Positions 29,832 to 39,815 of a DNA stretch of 64,000 nt are shown in pieces. Position 1 is the first letter of the stretch; every line of letters begins with the position of its first letter. The position numbers were made by a program, and so were the translations under genes. This stretch comes from Anaerolineales bacterium. GTDB lineage: Bacteria > Chloroflexota > Anaerolineae > Caldilineales > Caldilineaceae. The notes under the pieces are model-generated. The model did no database searches, was not told the origin of the DNA, and saw only the letters and a program-made list of their open reading frames with translations. The stretch is from positions 51,922-115,921 of the forward strand of contig DAOUJU010000040.1 of assembly GCA_034422235.1 (NCBI GenBank). The letters run 5' to 3'.

Positions 29832-30896
29832 TTACTGCAAACGGATTCGGGGATCGAAAATCCCGTAAAGAATATCGGAGAGGAGAAATCCGATGATGGT
29901 CAACAGGGCAAAGAACATAACTGCGCCCATGATCATGGGATAGTCCCGTTGCAAAGCCGAAAACCAGGTCAGGCGCCCCATGCCAGGCCAGGCAAAGATG
30001 GTTTCTACGACCAGCGAACCGCCAATTATCCCCACAATTGAGGGGCCCAATACGGTAGCCAAGGGCAAAAGTGCATTGCGCAGGATGTGACGGGTCCACA
30101 GGGTATAATCGTGAACTCCCTTGGCCCGGGCCGTACGTAAGTAATCCTGACCCTGTACCTCCAGCACCTGGGTGCGCACCAGCCTGGTCAGGAAAGCGAT
30201 GCCACTGAAGGAAAGAACCAACGCAGGCATCAGAATATGGCGCATACGATCCACCGGATCAAACTCGATGTTCAGGGAAATGGTCATGCGGCCGCCTACG
30301 GGTAACCAGCCCAAGATCACGCTGAACACGAAAATACAAATAATCCCCAACCAAAAGTTGGGAATAGCCTGTCCCGCTACCGATATCAGTCGTATGCCCT
30401 GATCCCGAATCGAACCACGAAACAAGGCACTCAAAAATCCCAAAGGCACGCCTACGACGAAGGTAAGGATCAGCGAGACCAATCCCAGCTCCATAGTGGC
30501 CGGCATGCGGTCACGCAATTGCTCCCATACCGGTTGCTGGGTAGCCAGGCTATGGCCCAAATCCCAGCGTAGCATGCCGCCGCCGGAATCACACACCGTG
30601 TAGCGCAGTAGGGATGCATAACCACAGGCGTGAGTGAGAGCCGCAAATTGTTCTCTGGCATCACCCCTACGAATGGTCAATCCTGTAAGCCACCGGACAT
30701 ATTGGATCCATATCGGTTGATCCAATCCTAATTGTTGCCTGTAGACTTCCCGTGCTTCCTCTGAAATGTCCGGGTTGAAAGTGACCATGGTGACGAAATC
30801 ACCAGGAGCCACCTTGATCAGGATGAAAGCCAGCAGACTGATGCCAAACAGAGTGGGAATAGCGAGCAACAGACGGCGTATGATGTACTGGGTCAC
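29832..30896 (-). CDS. ABC transporter permease, OppB/DppB-like
   Basis: 354 aa. MTQYIIRRLLLAIPTLFGISLLAFILIKVAPGDF and the EAA region YLRTARAKGV. Confidence 0.9.
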   Translation of the reverse strand: MTQYIIRRLLLAIPTLFGISLLAFILIKVAPGDFVTMVTFNPDISEEAREVYRQQLGLDQPIWIQYVRWLTGLTIRRGDAREQFAALTHACGYASLLRYTVCDSGGGMLRWDLGHSLATQQPVWEQLRDRMPATMELGLVSLILTFVVGVPLGFLSALFRGSIRDQGIRLISVAGQAIPNFWLGIICIFVFSVILGWLPVGGRMTISLNIEFDPVDRMRHILMPALVLSFSGIAFLTRLVRTQVLEVQGQDYLRTARAKGVHDYTLWTRHILRNALLPLATVLGPSIVGIIGGSLVVETIFAWPGMGRLTWFSALQRDYPMIMGAVMFFALLTIIGFLLSDILYGIFDPRIRLQ

Positions 30897-30928
30897 AGTT
30901 CAGGGTCTGGCAAGGTAGATGGAAAACC

Positions 30929-30993
30929 GCCCCGCGCGTCACTGATGGTGGCCGCGCGGGGCACACAAACAGGGTCACATCCCACGTGGGATG
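30929..30993. promoter_or_regulatory. Intercistronic GC hairpin plus a 16-nt perfect palindrome between the SBP and permease genes
   Basis: GCCCCGCGCG(30929-30938)/CGCGCGGGGC(30953-30962), then CATCCCACGTGGGATG (30978-30993). Same position in the operon as the hairpin at 1476-1513. Confidence 0.45.
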
Positions 30994-31023
30994 CCCTGGG
31001 CTGTTCAAGCCCCCTTTGCCTGT

Positions 31024-32778
31024 TTACTCTTTCAGACTCCAGCGTTCAATGTTCCAGGCAAAGCTCCAGGTACCCGGATCAATACCATCCCAGCGATCCG
31101 AATAGCCAACATTGCCAATACTGCCCGTAACGAACAGATACGGAATTTCATCATGGATGATCTGCTGGATTTCGTAATAAATGGGGGCACGATCCTCGGC
31201 CGCACAGCCAGGCACAGCAATGCCCTGCTCCAACAATTCATCAATGCGCTCATTCTGATAGCTGACGAAATTGAAGCCACTGCCGGGCGTATCATAGCGG
31301 GAATGCCAGAACACGTCGTCGTTGGGATCGGTACCCAGACCGGTCCAGCCGATGATGACCATTTCGTAGGTCTGGCCCAGCAATTCGCCGACCAGTGTGC
31401 CAAATTCAATGGCTTCGAAGGTGATATCAAACCCAATGCTATTCAACTGATCCTGCACCAACACCCCCAGTTCTTCCCGGGCGGAGTTGCCAGCATTGGT
31501 CTTGAGATTGATACTCAATGCCGTTCCCGCTTCCGCTGTGGCACAGCCATTGCATTCGCGGACACCGTCCTCATCGCTGTCCGTCCAGCCCGCTTCATCC
31601 AGAATAGACGCCGCCAGTTCAATATCATAGGCATAGGGTTCAATGCTGGGATCATGGGCCCAGCCAACAGCCGGCAGTACATTGCTGGCAATCTGGTACC
31701 CTTGGCCCAGATACACCTTGTTGATGATGGATTCATAGTCCAGGCTGTGGGCCATAGCCAGCCGCACCTGGCGGTCACCCAAGATGGGATGCGGATCCTG
31801 TGCCATCAGATTGCCGTCTTCGTCCCGTCCCGGCAGGGGATTTTCCGGGTTGGCCAAATTCAAGCCAATGTAGGAGTAGCCATCATCCTTGAACTTGAAG
31901 ATATTGAGATCCGGGTTCAATCCCACACGGGTCAGTTGTGTGGGTTCCAGGCCAATTACGTCAATTTCGCCTGTCTCTAATGCGGCCAAGCGCGCACCCG
32001 CTGAAGGTATCACACGAATAATCTGGCCTTCCATGTTGGGAGCGCCCTTCCAGTAGGTGCTGTTGCTCAGCATGGAAATATGATCATCCCGCACCCATTC
32101 ATTGAAGACGAATACATCAGCGGAAACCTGAGGTTCTGTATTCAGTGGTGAGTCCATAACATCACTGAAATCCTCAGCATACAGATGGCTGGGGAGCCAT
32201 CCCAGACCCAGATCGAGGAGACCATCACATTTCAGGTCCGTGAAGGTGACCTGAAATGTATGATCATCCAACACCTCAATGCTGGCAATGGATTCCACGT
32301 TCCCTTTACGGGGTGTTTCCACGAGTTCACTGGCAATGGCATCGTAGGTGAATTTGAAATCGTGCGCATCCACCGGTTCGCCATCACTCCAGACAACGTC
32401 TTGGCGCAGGTGGAAGGTCCAGACCAGGGAATCTTCTGACACGTCCCAGCTTTCGGCCATTTCTGTAGCTTCTACCGCGCCCGTAAAGGGATTGGTACCA
32501 ATCAGGCCCGGGAAGTAGGGCATCATGTCAAAGCTGGCGCTGTCGGAGGCCAGGATGGGATTCAGGATGGTACCATCCGCGCTGCTGGCTTCGGTCCAGA
32601 CACCGCCTTGACGCGGTCCGGTTTCGATAGCGCCCGGTAGGGGTTGGGTACAGGCCGCTATCAGGGGCAAAAGCAGAGATACCAAGGCTGTGACCAGCCA
32701 AACTCTGCGCAACCATGGTCGTTGCATGAGATTTCCTTCCTTCGTGTATGCAATTGAAAAATCCACAAGTAAGCGCAC
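31024..32778 (-). CDS. ABC transporter substrate-binding protein, family 5 (peptide type), lipoprotein
   Basis: 584 aa. Lipobox LIAAC. Typical SBP_bac_5 segments (WSDGEPVDAHDFKFTYD, DDGYSYIGLNL). Confidence 0.9.
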   Translation of the reverse strand: MRLLVDFSIAYTKEGNLMQRPWLRRVWLVTALVSLLLPLIAACTQPLPGAIETGPRQGGVWTEASSADGTILNPILASDSASFDMMPYFPGLIGTNPFTGAVEATEMAESWDVSEDSLVWTFHLRQDVVWSDGEPVDAHDFKFTYDAIASELVETPRKGNVESIASIEVLDDHTFQVTFTDLKCDGLLDLGLGWLPSHLYAEDFSDVMDSPLNTEPQVSADVFVFNEWVRDDHISMLSNSTYWKGAPNMEGQIIRVIPSAGARLAALETGEIDVIGLEPTQLTRVGLNPDLNIFKFKDDGYSYIGLNLANPENPLPGRDEDGNLMAQDPHPILGDRQVRLAMAHSLDYESIINKVYLGQGYQIASNVLPAVGWAHDPSIEPYAYDIELAASILDEAGWTDSDEDGVRECNGCATAEAGTALSINLKTNAGNSAREELGVLVQDQLNSIGFDITFEAIEFGTLVGELLGQTYEMVIIGWTGLGTDPNDDVFWHSRYDTPGSGFNFVSYQNERIDELLEQGIAVPGCAAEDRAPIYYEIQQIIHDEIPYLFVTGSIGNVGYSDRWDGIDPGTWSFAWNIERWSLKE

Positions 32779-32811
32779 TTGCAGACAGAGAACGAAATAA
32801 AGGCCTATTCC

Positions 32812-33810
32812 CTATTCATTCAGGAAGCAGGCCGAGTAGTGTCCATTGCCCAGATCCTTGAACTCGGGTTCCTGCTCTCGGCAAATGTCCATGACATGGG
32901 GACACCGCGTGTTGAAGTTGCATCCTGTGGGCGGGGCGGCTGGATTGGGCACGTCCCCCTCCAGGATAATGCGCTGGCGCTTGGACTCCACGGCAGGATC
33001 GGGAATGGGCACGGCCGACAACAGAGCCTCTGTATAGGGATGTTTCGGATTGGCATAGAGCTCCGTGCGATCCGCCAGTTCTACAATCTTGCCCAGGTAC
33101 ATGACAGCGATGCGGTTGGAAATATGGCGCACTACGCTCAGATCGTGGGCGATAAAGAGATAGGTCAGTTGCAGTTCCCGCTGCAGATCCTCCAACAGGT
33201 TAATGACCTGGGCCTGGATGGAAACATCCAGCGCCGAAATCGGTTCGTCACAGACAATGAAGGACGGATTGACCGCCAAGGCCCGGGCTACCCCAATCCG
33301 TTGCCGCTGCCCTCCAGAAAATTCGTGAGGATAGCGATTCACAAAATAGGGATTCAACCCTACGATTTCCAGTAGTTCCTGTACCCGCTCCTGCCGTTCC
33401 GCCCGGGAGTTGCTCAGATTGTGAACTTCCAGGGGTTCGCTGATAATGCTGCCTACGGTCATGCGTGGATTGAGCGAAGCGTAGGGATCCTGGAAAATCA
33501 TTTGCATGCGACGGCGCATACGTCGCAGATCCTGGCCTGTTGACTCGGTCAGTTCCACTCCCTCAAACTGCACGCTACCGGCCGTGGGCCGATGCAGTTG
33601 CAGGATGGCACGGCCCGTGGTGGATTTGCCACATCCCGATTCACCGACAAGGCCCATGGTTTCACCCTTGAAGAGCTCAAAGGAAAGCCCGTCCACCGCA
33701 CGTACGGCTCCCACCTTACGCTGGAAAATAATGCCCCGGGTGATGGGGAAATGCATAGTGAGATCCTGCACCCGCAGGAGGACCGAGTTGGTACCGTTTT
33801 CCTGATTCAT
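32812..33810 (-). CDS. Oligopeptide/dipeptide ABC transporter ATP-binding protein (OppF/DppF-like)
   Basis: The start at 33810 (MNQENGT...) overlaps the upstream stop by ATGA. Walker [10 protein letters not shown], signature [15 protein letters not shown], Walker [13 protein letters not shown], and the oligopeptide C-terminal region ([16 protein letters not shown]). Confidence 0.9.
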   Translation of the reverse strand: MNQENGTNSVLLRVQDLTMHFPITRGIIFQRKVGAVRAVDGLSFELFKGETMGLVGESGCGKSTTGRAILQLHRPTAGSVQFEGVELTESTGQDLRRMRRRMQMIFQDPYASLNPRMTVGSIISEPLEVHNLSNSRAERQERVQELLEIVGLNPYFVNRYPHEFSGGQRQRIGVARALAVNPSFIVCDEPISALDVSIQAQVINLLEDLQRELQLTYLFIAHDLSVVRHISNRIAVMYLGKIVELADRTELYANPKHPYTEALLSAVPIPDPAVESKRQRIILEGDVPNPAAPPTGCNFNTRCPHVMDICREQEPEFKDLGNGHYSACFLNE

Positions 33811-34811
33811 GCGGCCAGTCCTGTCTCTAACCTGATTTCGGCAACATCTCTCCAGCAAGCGGCTTTATGACCTTCCTTCACCGTTTCCAGAGGTGGATTC
33901 TCTTCCCAGCATTTCTCCATCACAAACTCACAACGCGGCGCAAAAGGACAGTGGGCAGGAGGATCGATCAAATCGGGCGGTAAACCTTCAATAGGGATCA
34001 GGCGCTCCCGCTGGGCTTCATCCAGACGCGGGATGGAACGCAACAAGCCCACGGTGTAGGGATGATGAGGATCGGCATACAGTTCTTCTACCGAGGCTTC
34101 TTCTACAATGAAACCGGCATACATGACCATCACCCGTTCTGCCATGCCCGCCACTACGCCCAGATCATGGGTAATCCAGATAATGGCCATGCCCAGTTCA
34201 TTCTTGAGGCGCTCTACCAGATCGATAATCTGTGCCTGAATTGTCACATCCAGCGCGGTCGTGGGCTCATCGGCAATGAGGAGTTGGGGATTGCAACTGA
34301 GGCCCATGGCAATCATGACTCGTTGACGCATACCCCCTGAAAACTGGTGGGGGTAGTCATCCAGTCGATCCGCGGCCGCCGGAATGCCCACCAACTCCAA
34401 CAACTCCACGGCCCGGGCCCGACTCTGGGTACGGTTCATGGACAGATGCAACTCCAGGGATTCTGTGATTTGACGGCCAATCGTCAGCACCGGATTGAGT
34501 GAGGTCATGGGATCCTGAAAAATCATGGCAATACGATTGCCACGAATGTGCCGCAGATCCTCTTCGGCCAGATCCATCAGATTCTGGCCATCAAAATCCA
34601 CGGTGCCACGCACGATTTTCCCCGGTGGCTGGGGGATGAGGCGGATGAGCGACATGACGCCCACACTCTTTCCCGATCCGGATTCTCCCACAATAGCGAC
34701 GGTTTCTCCTTCTGCCACGGTATAGGAAATCCCATTGACAGCATTAACGATGCCGTCCTGGGTAAAGAATTTAGTTTCCAGATCCTGGACGGTGAGGAGC
34801 GCCTTGGTCAT
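33807..34811 (-). CDS. Oligopeptide/dipeptide ABC transporter ATP-binding protein (OppD/DppD-like)
   Basis: Walker [10 protein letters not shown], signature [15 protein letters not shown], Walker [13 protein letters not shown], and [12 protein letters not shown]. Confidence 0.9.
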   Translation of the reverse strand: MTKALLTVQDLETKFFTQDGIVNAVNGISYTVAEGETVAIVGESGSGKSVGVMSLIRLIPQPPGKIVRGTVDFDGQNLMDLAEEDLRHIRGNRIAMIFQDPMTSLNPVLTIGRQITESLELHLSMNRTQSRARAVELLELVGIPAAADRLDDYPHQFSGGMRQRVMIAMGLSCNPQLLIADEPTTALDVTIQAQIIDLVERLKNELGMAIIWITHDLGVVAGMAERVMVMYAGFIVEEASVEELYADPHHPYTVGLLRSIPRLDEAQRERLIPIEGLPPDLIDPPAHCPFAPRCEFVMEKCWEENPPLETVKEGHKAACWRDVAEIRLETGLAA

Positions 34812-35039
34812 ATTTCATTCTCAAGCGAGGAAATCCGAAGCCTTAGGGGCAATACAGAAGTCCAAGCTACCAGTCCTGTGGCAGCCAGATGGGTCTCTGC
34901 TCCTACAGGATACAACAATCCTTATATCATACTCCAATCACCAGAGGACCTCTGCCTGGAATCTGCCCACAATCCTGTGGCATCGCCCCAGTACCCTATC
35001 TAAACGGGGAACCAGAATCTGAATAGCAGGGAAGGTCAC

Positions 35040-36440
35040 TCATTCCACACAGAATGCTGTGGGATTCCCAAGGCGCAGTTTCAGCATCTGAACCTGCTCC
35101 TTTATGGCCCGCCGGCTCGTTGCGCCAGACACATCGCGGGATTCCACACTGGCCTGCATATCAAAAACGCCGGCAATACTCTCGTCAAACTGATCATGCA
35201 GTGTCTGCCAGGCATCCAGGGACAGATCCGCCAGCTTGCATCCCGCCTGGTCCGACTGCTTCACCGCCTGGCCCGCCACATGATGGGCTTCCCGAAACGG
35301 GACTCCCCGCCGTACCAGGTATTCGGCCACATCTGTGGCCAGCATGTGATCATGCATGGCCGCAGCCATGGCGTCTGAATCGCAATTCAGGGAAAGCAGG
35401 GCGCTGGTCGCGATCTGAAGGGCAGATGACCAGGTGTCCACGGCATCAAACAGGGATTCCTTGTCTTCCTGTAGATCCCGATTGTAAGCTCGTGGCAGTC
35501 CCTTGAGGGTCATCATCAAGCCCGTCAAAGCCCCCAGCGTACGGCCTGACTTCCCCCTTATCAATTCAAAGCTGTCCGGATTTTTCTTCTGGGGCATAAG
35601 GCTACTGCCCGTACTGTACTCATCACCCAGTTGCATAAATCCGTAGGGTTGTGAGCAGTAGACGATGACATCCTCAGCCAATTGACTGAGGTGCACCATG
35701 GACAAGGATGCGCAGAAAAGAAACTCGGCCACGAAGTCCCGATCCGCAACGGCATCCGTGCTGTTGTGCGTGATATCGTCAAAACCCAGCTGATCGGCCA
35801 GGCGGCGGCGGTCTATGGGAAAGGGATTGCCTACCAGGGCCCCGCTCCCCAAGGGCAACACGTTCACGCGGGACCGGATCTGAATCAGGCGAGTCAGGTC
35901 TCGCTGCAAGGCCCATGCATGGCTTAACAACCAGTGACTAAACCGGGTGGGCTGTGCTACCTGCATGTGGGTAAAGCCCGGCATAAGAATATGAATATAA
36001 GTCTCCGCCTTGGCAATCATGACCCGAATGGCCTTCGTCAGATGTTCGCGGAGATCATCGATTTCATCACGCAGCCAGAGTCGCAGATCAGTGACCACCT
36101 GATCATTGCGGCTGCGTCCTGTATGTAGTTTGCCCGCCACGGGACCCACAAGTTCGCCCAATCTGCGTTCGTTGGCGGTGTGAATATCTTCGTCGCCTGC
36201 CTGAATCTGGAAAGTGTTCTCTTCCCATTCCTTGGCCACTTTCGCCAGGCCTTCTTGCAGGATCTGGCATTCTTCTGATGTCAGAACGGAAGCAGAGACC
36301 AAAGCTTCGGCGTAGGCTTGGCTGCCACGGATATCAGTAGCCCACAACCTTTGGTCAAAATGAAGGGAATCACTAAAAACCGTCATCATGGGAGCGGTGC
36401 CCTTGTCAAACCGACCGCCCCATAATTTTTGTGTTGTCAT
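35040..36440 (-). CDS. argH: Argininosuccinate lyase
   Basis: 466 aa. KLWGGRF start, TGRSRNDQV, and the signature GSSLMPQKKNPD. Confidence 0.95.
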   Translation of the reverse strand: MTTQKLWGGRFDKGTAPMMTVFSDSLHFDQRLWATDIRGSQAYAEALVSASVLTSEECQILQEGLAKVAKEWEENTFQIQAGDEDIHTANERRLGELVGPVAGKLHTGRSRNDQVVTDLRLWLRDEIDDLREHLTKAIRVMIAKAETYIHILMPGFTHMQVAQPTRFSHWLLSHAWALQRDLTRLIQIRSRVNVLPLGSGALVGNPFPIDRRRLADQLGFDDITHNSTDAVADRDFVAEFLFCASLSMVHLSQLAEDVIVYCSQPYGFMQLGDEYSTGSSLMPQKKNPDSFELIRGKSGRTLGALTGLMMTLKGLPRAYNRDLQEDKESLFDAVDTWSSALQIATSALLSLNCDSDAMAAAMHDHMLATDVAEYLVRRGVPFREAHHVAGQAVKQSDQAGCKLADLSLDAWQTLHDQFDESIAGVFDMQASVESRDVSGATSRRAIKEQVQMLKLRLGNPTAFCVE

Positions 36441-36673
36441 CGGGACTTCATTCCTGTCTGTGTGCCAATCAACTTTGGAACTGGTCTTGCAACAGAGAAT
36501 TGAACCCGCAATGTACTCAGATCCGAAACTGTGTCCAGTTTCTCTGTCCTGACCTGTTGACTTCCATCCCTATAAGCATATCGCCAGTCTTTCACTTTGC
36601 ACAGGGACAGGATCCTGATACCTGGAGAGCCAATGCATGTTAGGATCCCGTTGGTAAGAACAAGACTGAACCA

Positions 36674-37198
36674 GTGGCAAGCCATAACTGGGTCATGAAA
36701 CGACGACAACCAATACAACCCTCTGGGGATAACCACCGGACCTTGAACCACCCCATGCGCAGGACTCATCCCTCCCAGCCGCAGTGGGAAAGTGCTCTGG
36801 ATCGCATGCTGGGCGAAGTCGTGCAACAAGGGGAATGGCAGGATCTCAAGGGTAAGGGTCAGAGGTTAAATCTGGACCCACCCACAGGAACACCAGCTGA
36901 GTTGGCCATGGCGCACAAGATCATGGAAGACAACAATGTTGTTCCTGCGTGGATAGAGGAGCGCAAGCGCATATTGGCACGCATTGAGGCTTGGCGAGAC
37001 AAACTGGCATCCTGGAGCCAGGCTAGCCATAGACTCACACCTGAATCCCATCAGATGGAGCAATGGCAAAAGGAACTGGCAGAACTGAATCAAGCCATTG
37101 CAGACATGAATATAGGCACTCCCATTTGGCGCATGGAGGTGCTCAAGCTTGATTTCAACGGGGAACTGGAACGCGCCGGGATTAAACCACTTCTCTAG
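36674..37198 (+). CDS. DUF1992 (DnaJ-C28-like conserved domain) protein
   Basis: GEWQDLKGKGQRLNLD followed by AHKIMEDNNVVPAWIE matches the DUF1992 pattern. The true start may be an internal Met. Confidence 0.6.
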   Translation: MASHNWVMKRRQPIQPSGDNHRTLNHPMRRTHPSQPQWESALDRMLGEVVQQGEWQDLKGKGQRLNLDPPTGTPAELAMAHKIMEDNNVVPAWIEERKRILARIEAWRDKLASWSQASHRLTPESHQMEQWQKELAELNQAIADMNIGTPIWRMEVLKLDFNGELERAGIKPLL

Positions 37199-37355
37199 GG
37201 CCTGCAGACAATCCATAGCAAGTCAGTAACGGCCACAGTTTGTGGGCGTGGTTCATCCGTGACGGGATCGCTCTGACCGATCGATCTTCAGCCCGGAAGT
37301 ATAGCCTAGGGCCTGCACCCTATTGTCCCGCGGGCATGGCGGAGTGACCGGGGAC

Positions 37356-38009
37356 TTATGATCCCAAAGGGTTGCCATTCTCATCCTCATCATGATGATG
37401 ACCGGAGAGACCTTCGCGTCCTTCCTTCACCAAGAAGGGAATGAGTGCAAGCGCCGCTACGGGGTCGGCCCACCACCAACCGATAAGCGCGTGCAGACCC
37501 AGGCCAATGAGCAGGGTCAGGTCCTGCACGTCGCAGACCAGACTTTCTATGGCCTCAGCCCGCAGGGCGGGAGAGCCGAGTTGCCGGGCGATCTTGGCCT
37601 TGCGGAAGTAGAGGACCGTCATGACGATGGCACTGGCGACCAGCAGCAGGATCCCCACTAGGCTTTCCTCGGGCCGGGGCAGCCACCCGCCAAGCGTGGC
37701 GATGGATTGGACCGCGATGAAGGCCGCCAGGAGGAAGAAGGTGAAACCCAGCATACGGTGTGCTTTACGCTCCGCTACCTCGTCTTCCTCTTCGCCCTGC
37801 CATTCCCGGTTCAGATGCCAGATCAAGACTCCGCCGGCGAAGAGCTCGAGGCAACTGTCGAGCCCGAAGGCAATCAGGGCCACACTGCTGGCGCCGATCC
37901 CTGACCAGAGGGCCACGCCTGCCTCAAGCAGGTTCCAAATCTCTCCAATCCAGACCAGGGAAAGAGCCGCCCTGCGCAGAGACGCGTGCGGTATGTCTGG
38001 TTTGCTCAT
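37356..38009 (-). CDS. Cation-efflux (CDF)-like membrane protein, transmembrane domain only, His-rich C-terminus
   Basis: 217 aa, six predicted TM segments. ALIAFGLDSCLELFAGG resembles the CDF TM2 metal site. Ends in GHHHDEDENG. No cytoplasmic CTD. Confidence 0.6.
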   Translation of the reverse strand: MSKPDIPHASLRRAALSLVWIGEIWNLLEAGVALWSGIGASSVALIAFGLDSCLELFAGGVLIWHLNREWQGEEEDEVAERKAHRMLGFTFFLLAAFIAVQSIATLGGWLPRPEESLVGILLLVASAIVMTVLYFRKAKIARQLGSPALRAEAIESLVCDVQDLTLLIGLGLHALIGWWWADPVAALALIPFLVKEGREGLSGHHHDEDENGNPLGS

Positions 38010-38067
38010 CTGAGCCTACTCTGATCTCAAGGCGGAGCCGCGATAGTACAGCCCGCCTGATGTGGAA

Positions 38068-38300
38068 TTAAATCGAAGCATAGGCCATGAAAGACTGGAT
38101 ATCAATGTCAGAGAAACGGGGCAAAACGAGTGGGAAGGCATGGCAGGTCATCTTAGCCATTACATGCATGGTCAAGCCGATGACGTTTTTGCGGAGCAGA
38201 CGGTCCACATTGCGGCCCGCATTCTGCACTTCATGGAGGGTGCCTTCAATACGTTCGCATATGCGGTTGAGCCAGCGATCAGAGGCAAGGGGGAGTTTGT
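38068..38300 (-). pseudogene. C-terminal fragment of a DDE transposase (IS982/IS4-superfamily-like), IS remnant
   Basis: The minus-strand translation DRWLNRICERIEGTLHEVQN...LLRKNVIGLTMHVMAKMTCHAF fits the R-x2-IE-x(n)-G-x(n)-K-x3-H tail of these transposases. No N-terminal or catalytic part and no IRs were found. Confidence 0.35.
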
Positions 38301-38535
38301 GGGTGCTGACTGGATCGCTTTGGAATCCAGATGTGATTGTCCTAGCAGTCTTTGTGTCCCTGTGACCAATCCTCCCTAGAAATCCCTTGCTACCTAAGTT
38401 GGTGGCGTGACACAGGCCCTGGACGCTCCCTAGCAACATACTCGCTTTGGCTCGTGTCTCAGCAACCTAAAAGACACACCTGGACACTACAGACCTTGTT
38501 CAGGGATCAGACACAGTCAGCACAGTCAACTTCCT

Positions 38536-39738
38536 CTACCCGTGCCGACGCATGAAATTCTGCATACGGTGTAGCGCTTCCTCAATATCCTCCATACTGG
38601 CAGCATAGCAGCAACGTACATAGCCAGCGCCACCTGCGCCAAAGGCACTACCCGGAATAACAGCTACCTGCTCTTCCGTGAGCAGTTGCTCCGCGAACTC
38701 CATGTCCTGCATACCGGTATGGGCAATGGAGGGGAAAGCGTAAAACGCGCCTTTCGGTTCAAAACAGGGCATGCCCAGATCGTTGAGACCAGCCACAATG
38801 ACGCGTCGACGCGCATCATAGGCTTCCACCATCAGTTGCACATGCTCCTCAGCCTCCGGCAGCGTCAAGGCGGCCAGAGCCGCCTCCTGTCCCATGGTGG
38901 CGGCTGACATGATCAGGTATTGATGAATACGCCGCATGGCTCGCAGGATATCACGCGGTCCCAGGGCAAAACCGATACGCCAGCCCGTCATGGCATAGTC
39001 CTTGCTGAAACCACCCAAATGAATGGTGCGGTCGCGCATACCCGGGAGTCCGGCAAACATGACATGGTCGTGATCGCCATACACCAGCCGATCATAAATT
39101 TCGTCGGAGATCACAATCAGGTCCTGACGCTCCGCCAGTTCAGCGATGCGCAGTAACAGAGCGCGGTCCAGTACAGCCCCCGTAGGGTTATTGGGAAAAC
39201 TCAACATCAGCGCCTTGGTACGAGGCGTTATCAGGTTTTCGATGTCCTCCACCGTGACCTGAAAATCATTTTCCACATAGGTGGGGAGGGCCACAGGGAC
39301 ACCCCCTGCCATCTGCACAGCCGCGGTAAAGCTCACGAAACAGGGTTGAGGCACGATAACCTCGTCGCCCGGATCGAGAATGGCATCAAAGGCCAGTTGC
39401 GTGGCTTCACTAACACCTACGGTGATCAGGACTTCCGTTTCGGCATCGTATTCGGGACAGTCATACAGTCGGCTCCAGTGGGCCAGGATGGATTCACGCA
39501 GTTCCAGAATTCCCGAATTGTCCGTGTAGGCTGTTTGTCCGGCCCGCAAGGATTGAATCCCGGCCTCCAGCACGGGGGGTGGAGTAACGAAATCAGGCTC
39601 CCCTATGCTCAGGCTGATGACATCGTCCATAGTCGCGGCGATCTCGAAAAAGCGTCGGATGGGGGACGCGGGCAAAGCTGCTGCCCGGGCACTGACCCGT
39701 GGCCTGGGTGTTGTGCCGTTGGGAGAATGCAATGACAT
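38536..39738 (-). CDS. Pyridoxal-phosphate-dependent aminotransferase, class I/II (aspartate aminotransferase-like)
   Basis: The Met at 39738 (MSLHSPNG...) avoids overlap with gatA. SFPNNPTG, SDEIYDRL, and the PLP lysine motif GFSKDYAMTGWRIG. Confidence 0.9.
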   Translation of the reverse strand: MSLHSPNGTTPRPRVSARAAALPASPIRRFFEIAATMDDVISLSIGEPDFVTPPPVLEAGIQSLRAGQTAYTDNSGILELRESILAHWSRLYDCPEYDAETEVLITVGVSEATQLAFDAILDPGDEVIVPQPCFVSFTAAVQMAGGVPVALPTYVENDFQVTVEDIENLITPRTKALMLSFPNNPTGAVLDRALLLRIAELAERQDLIVISDEIYDRLVYGDHDHVMFAGLPGMRDRTIHLGGFSKDYAMTGWRIGFALGPRDILRAMRRIHQYLIMSAATMGQEAALAALTLPEAEEHVQLMVEAYDARRRVIVAGLNDLGMPCFEPKGAFYAFPSIAHTGMQDMEFAEQLLTEEQVAVIPGSAFGAGGAGYVRCCYAASMEDIEEALHRMQNFMRRHG

Positions 39739-39815
39739 GGGCTGGTTATCGTTCAACTGTATATCCTTGTCGTACTTGCGGTGGTCCGGAATAGAAAATA
39801 CCTGCCGGGACTGAA

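Noticed and set aside
36485-36550. A tRNA-like GGGTTCAATTC motif with a 7-bp ACAGAGA/TCTCTGT closing stem, upstream of argH.
   Set aside because: The closed structure is only about 56 nt. It has no T-stem 3-prime strand, no D-arm and no CCA context, so it is not a tRNA.
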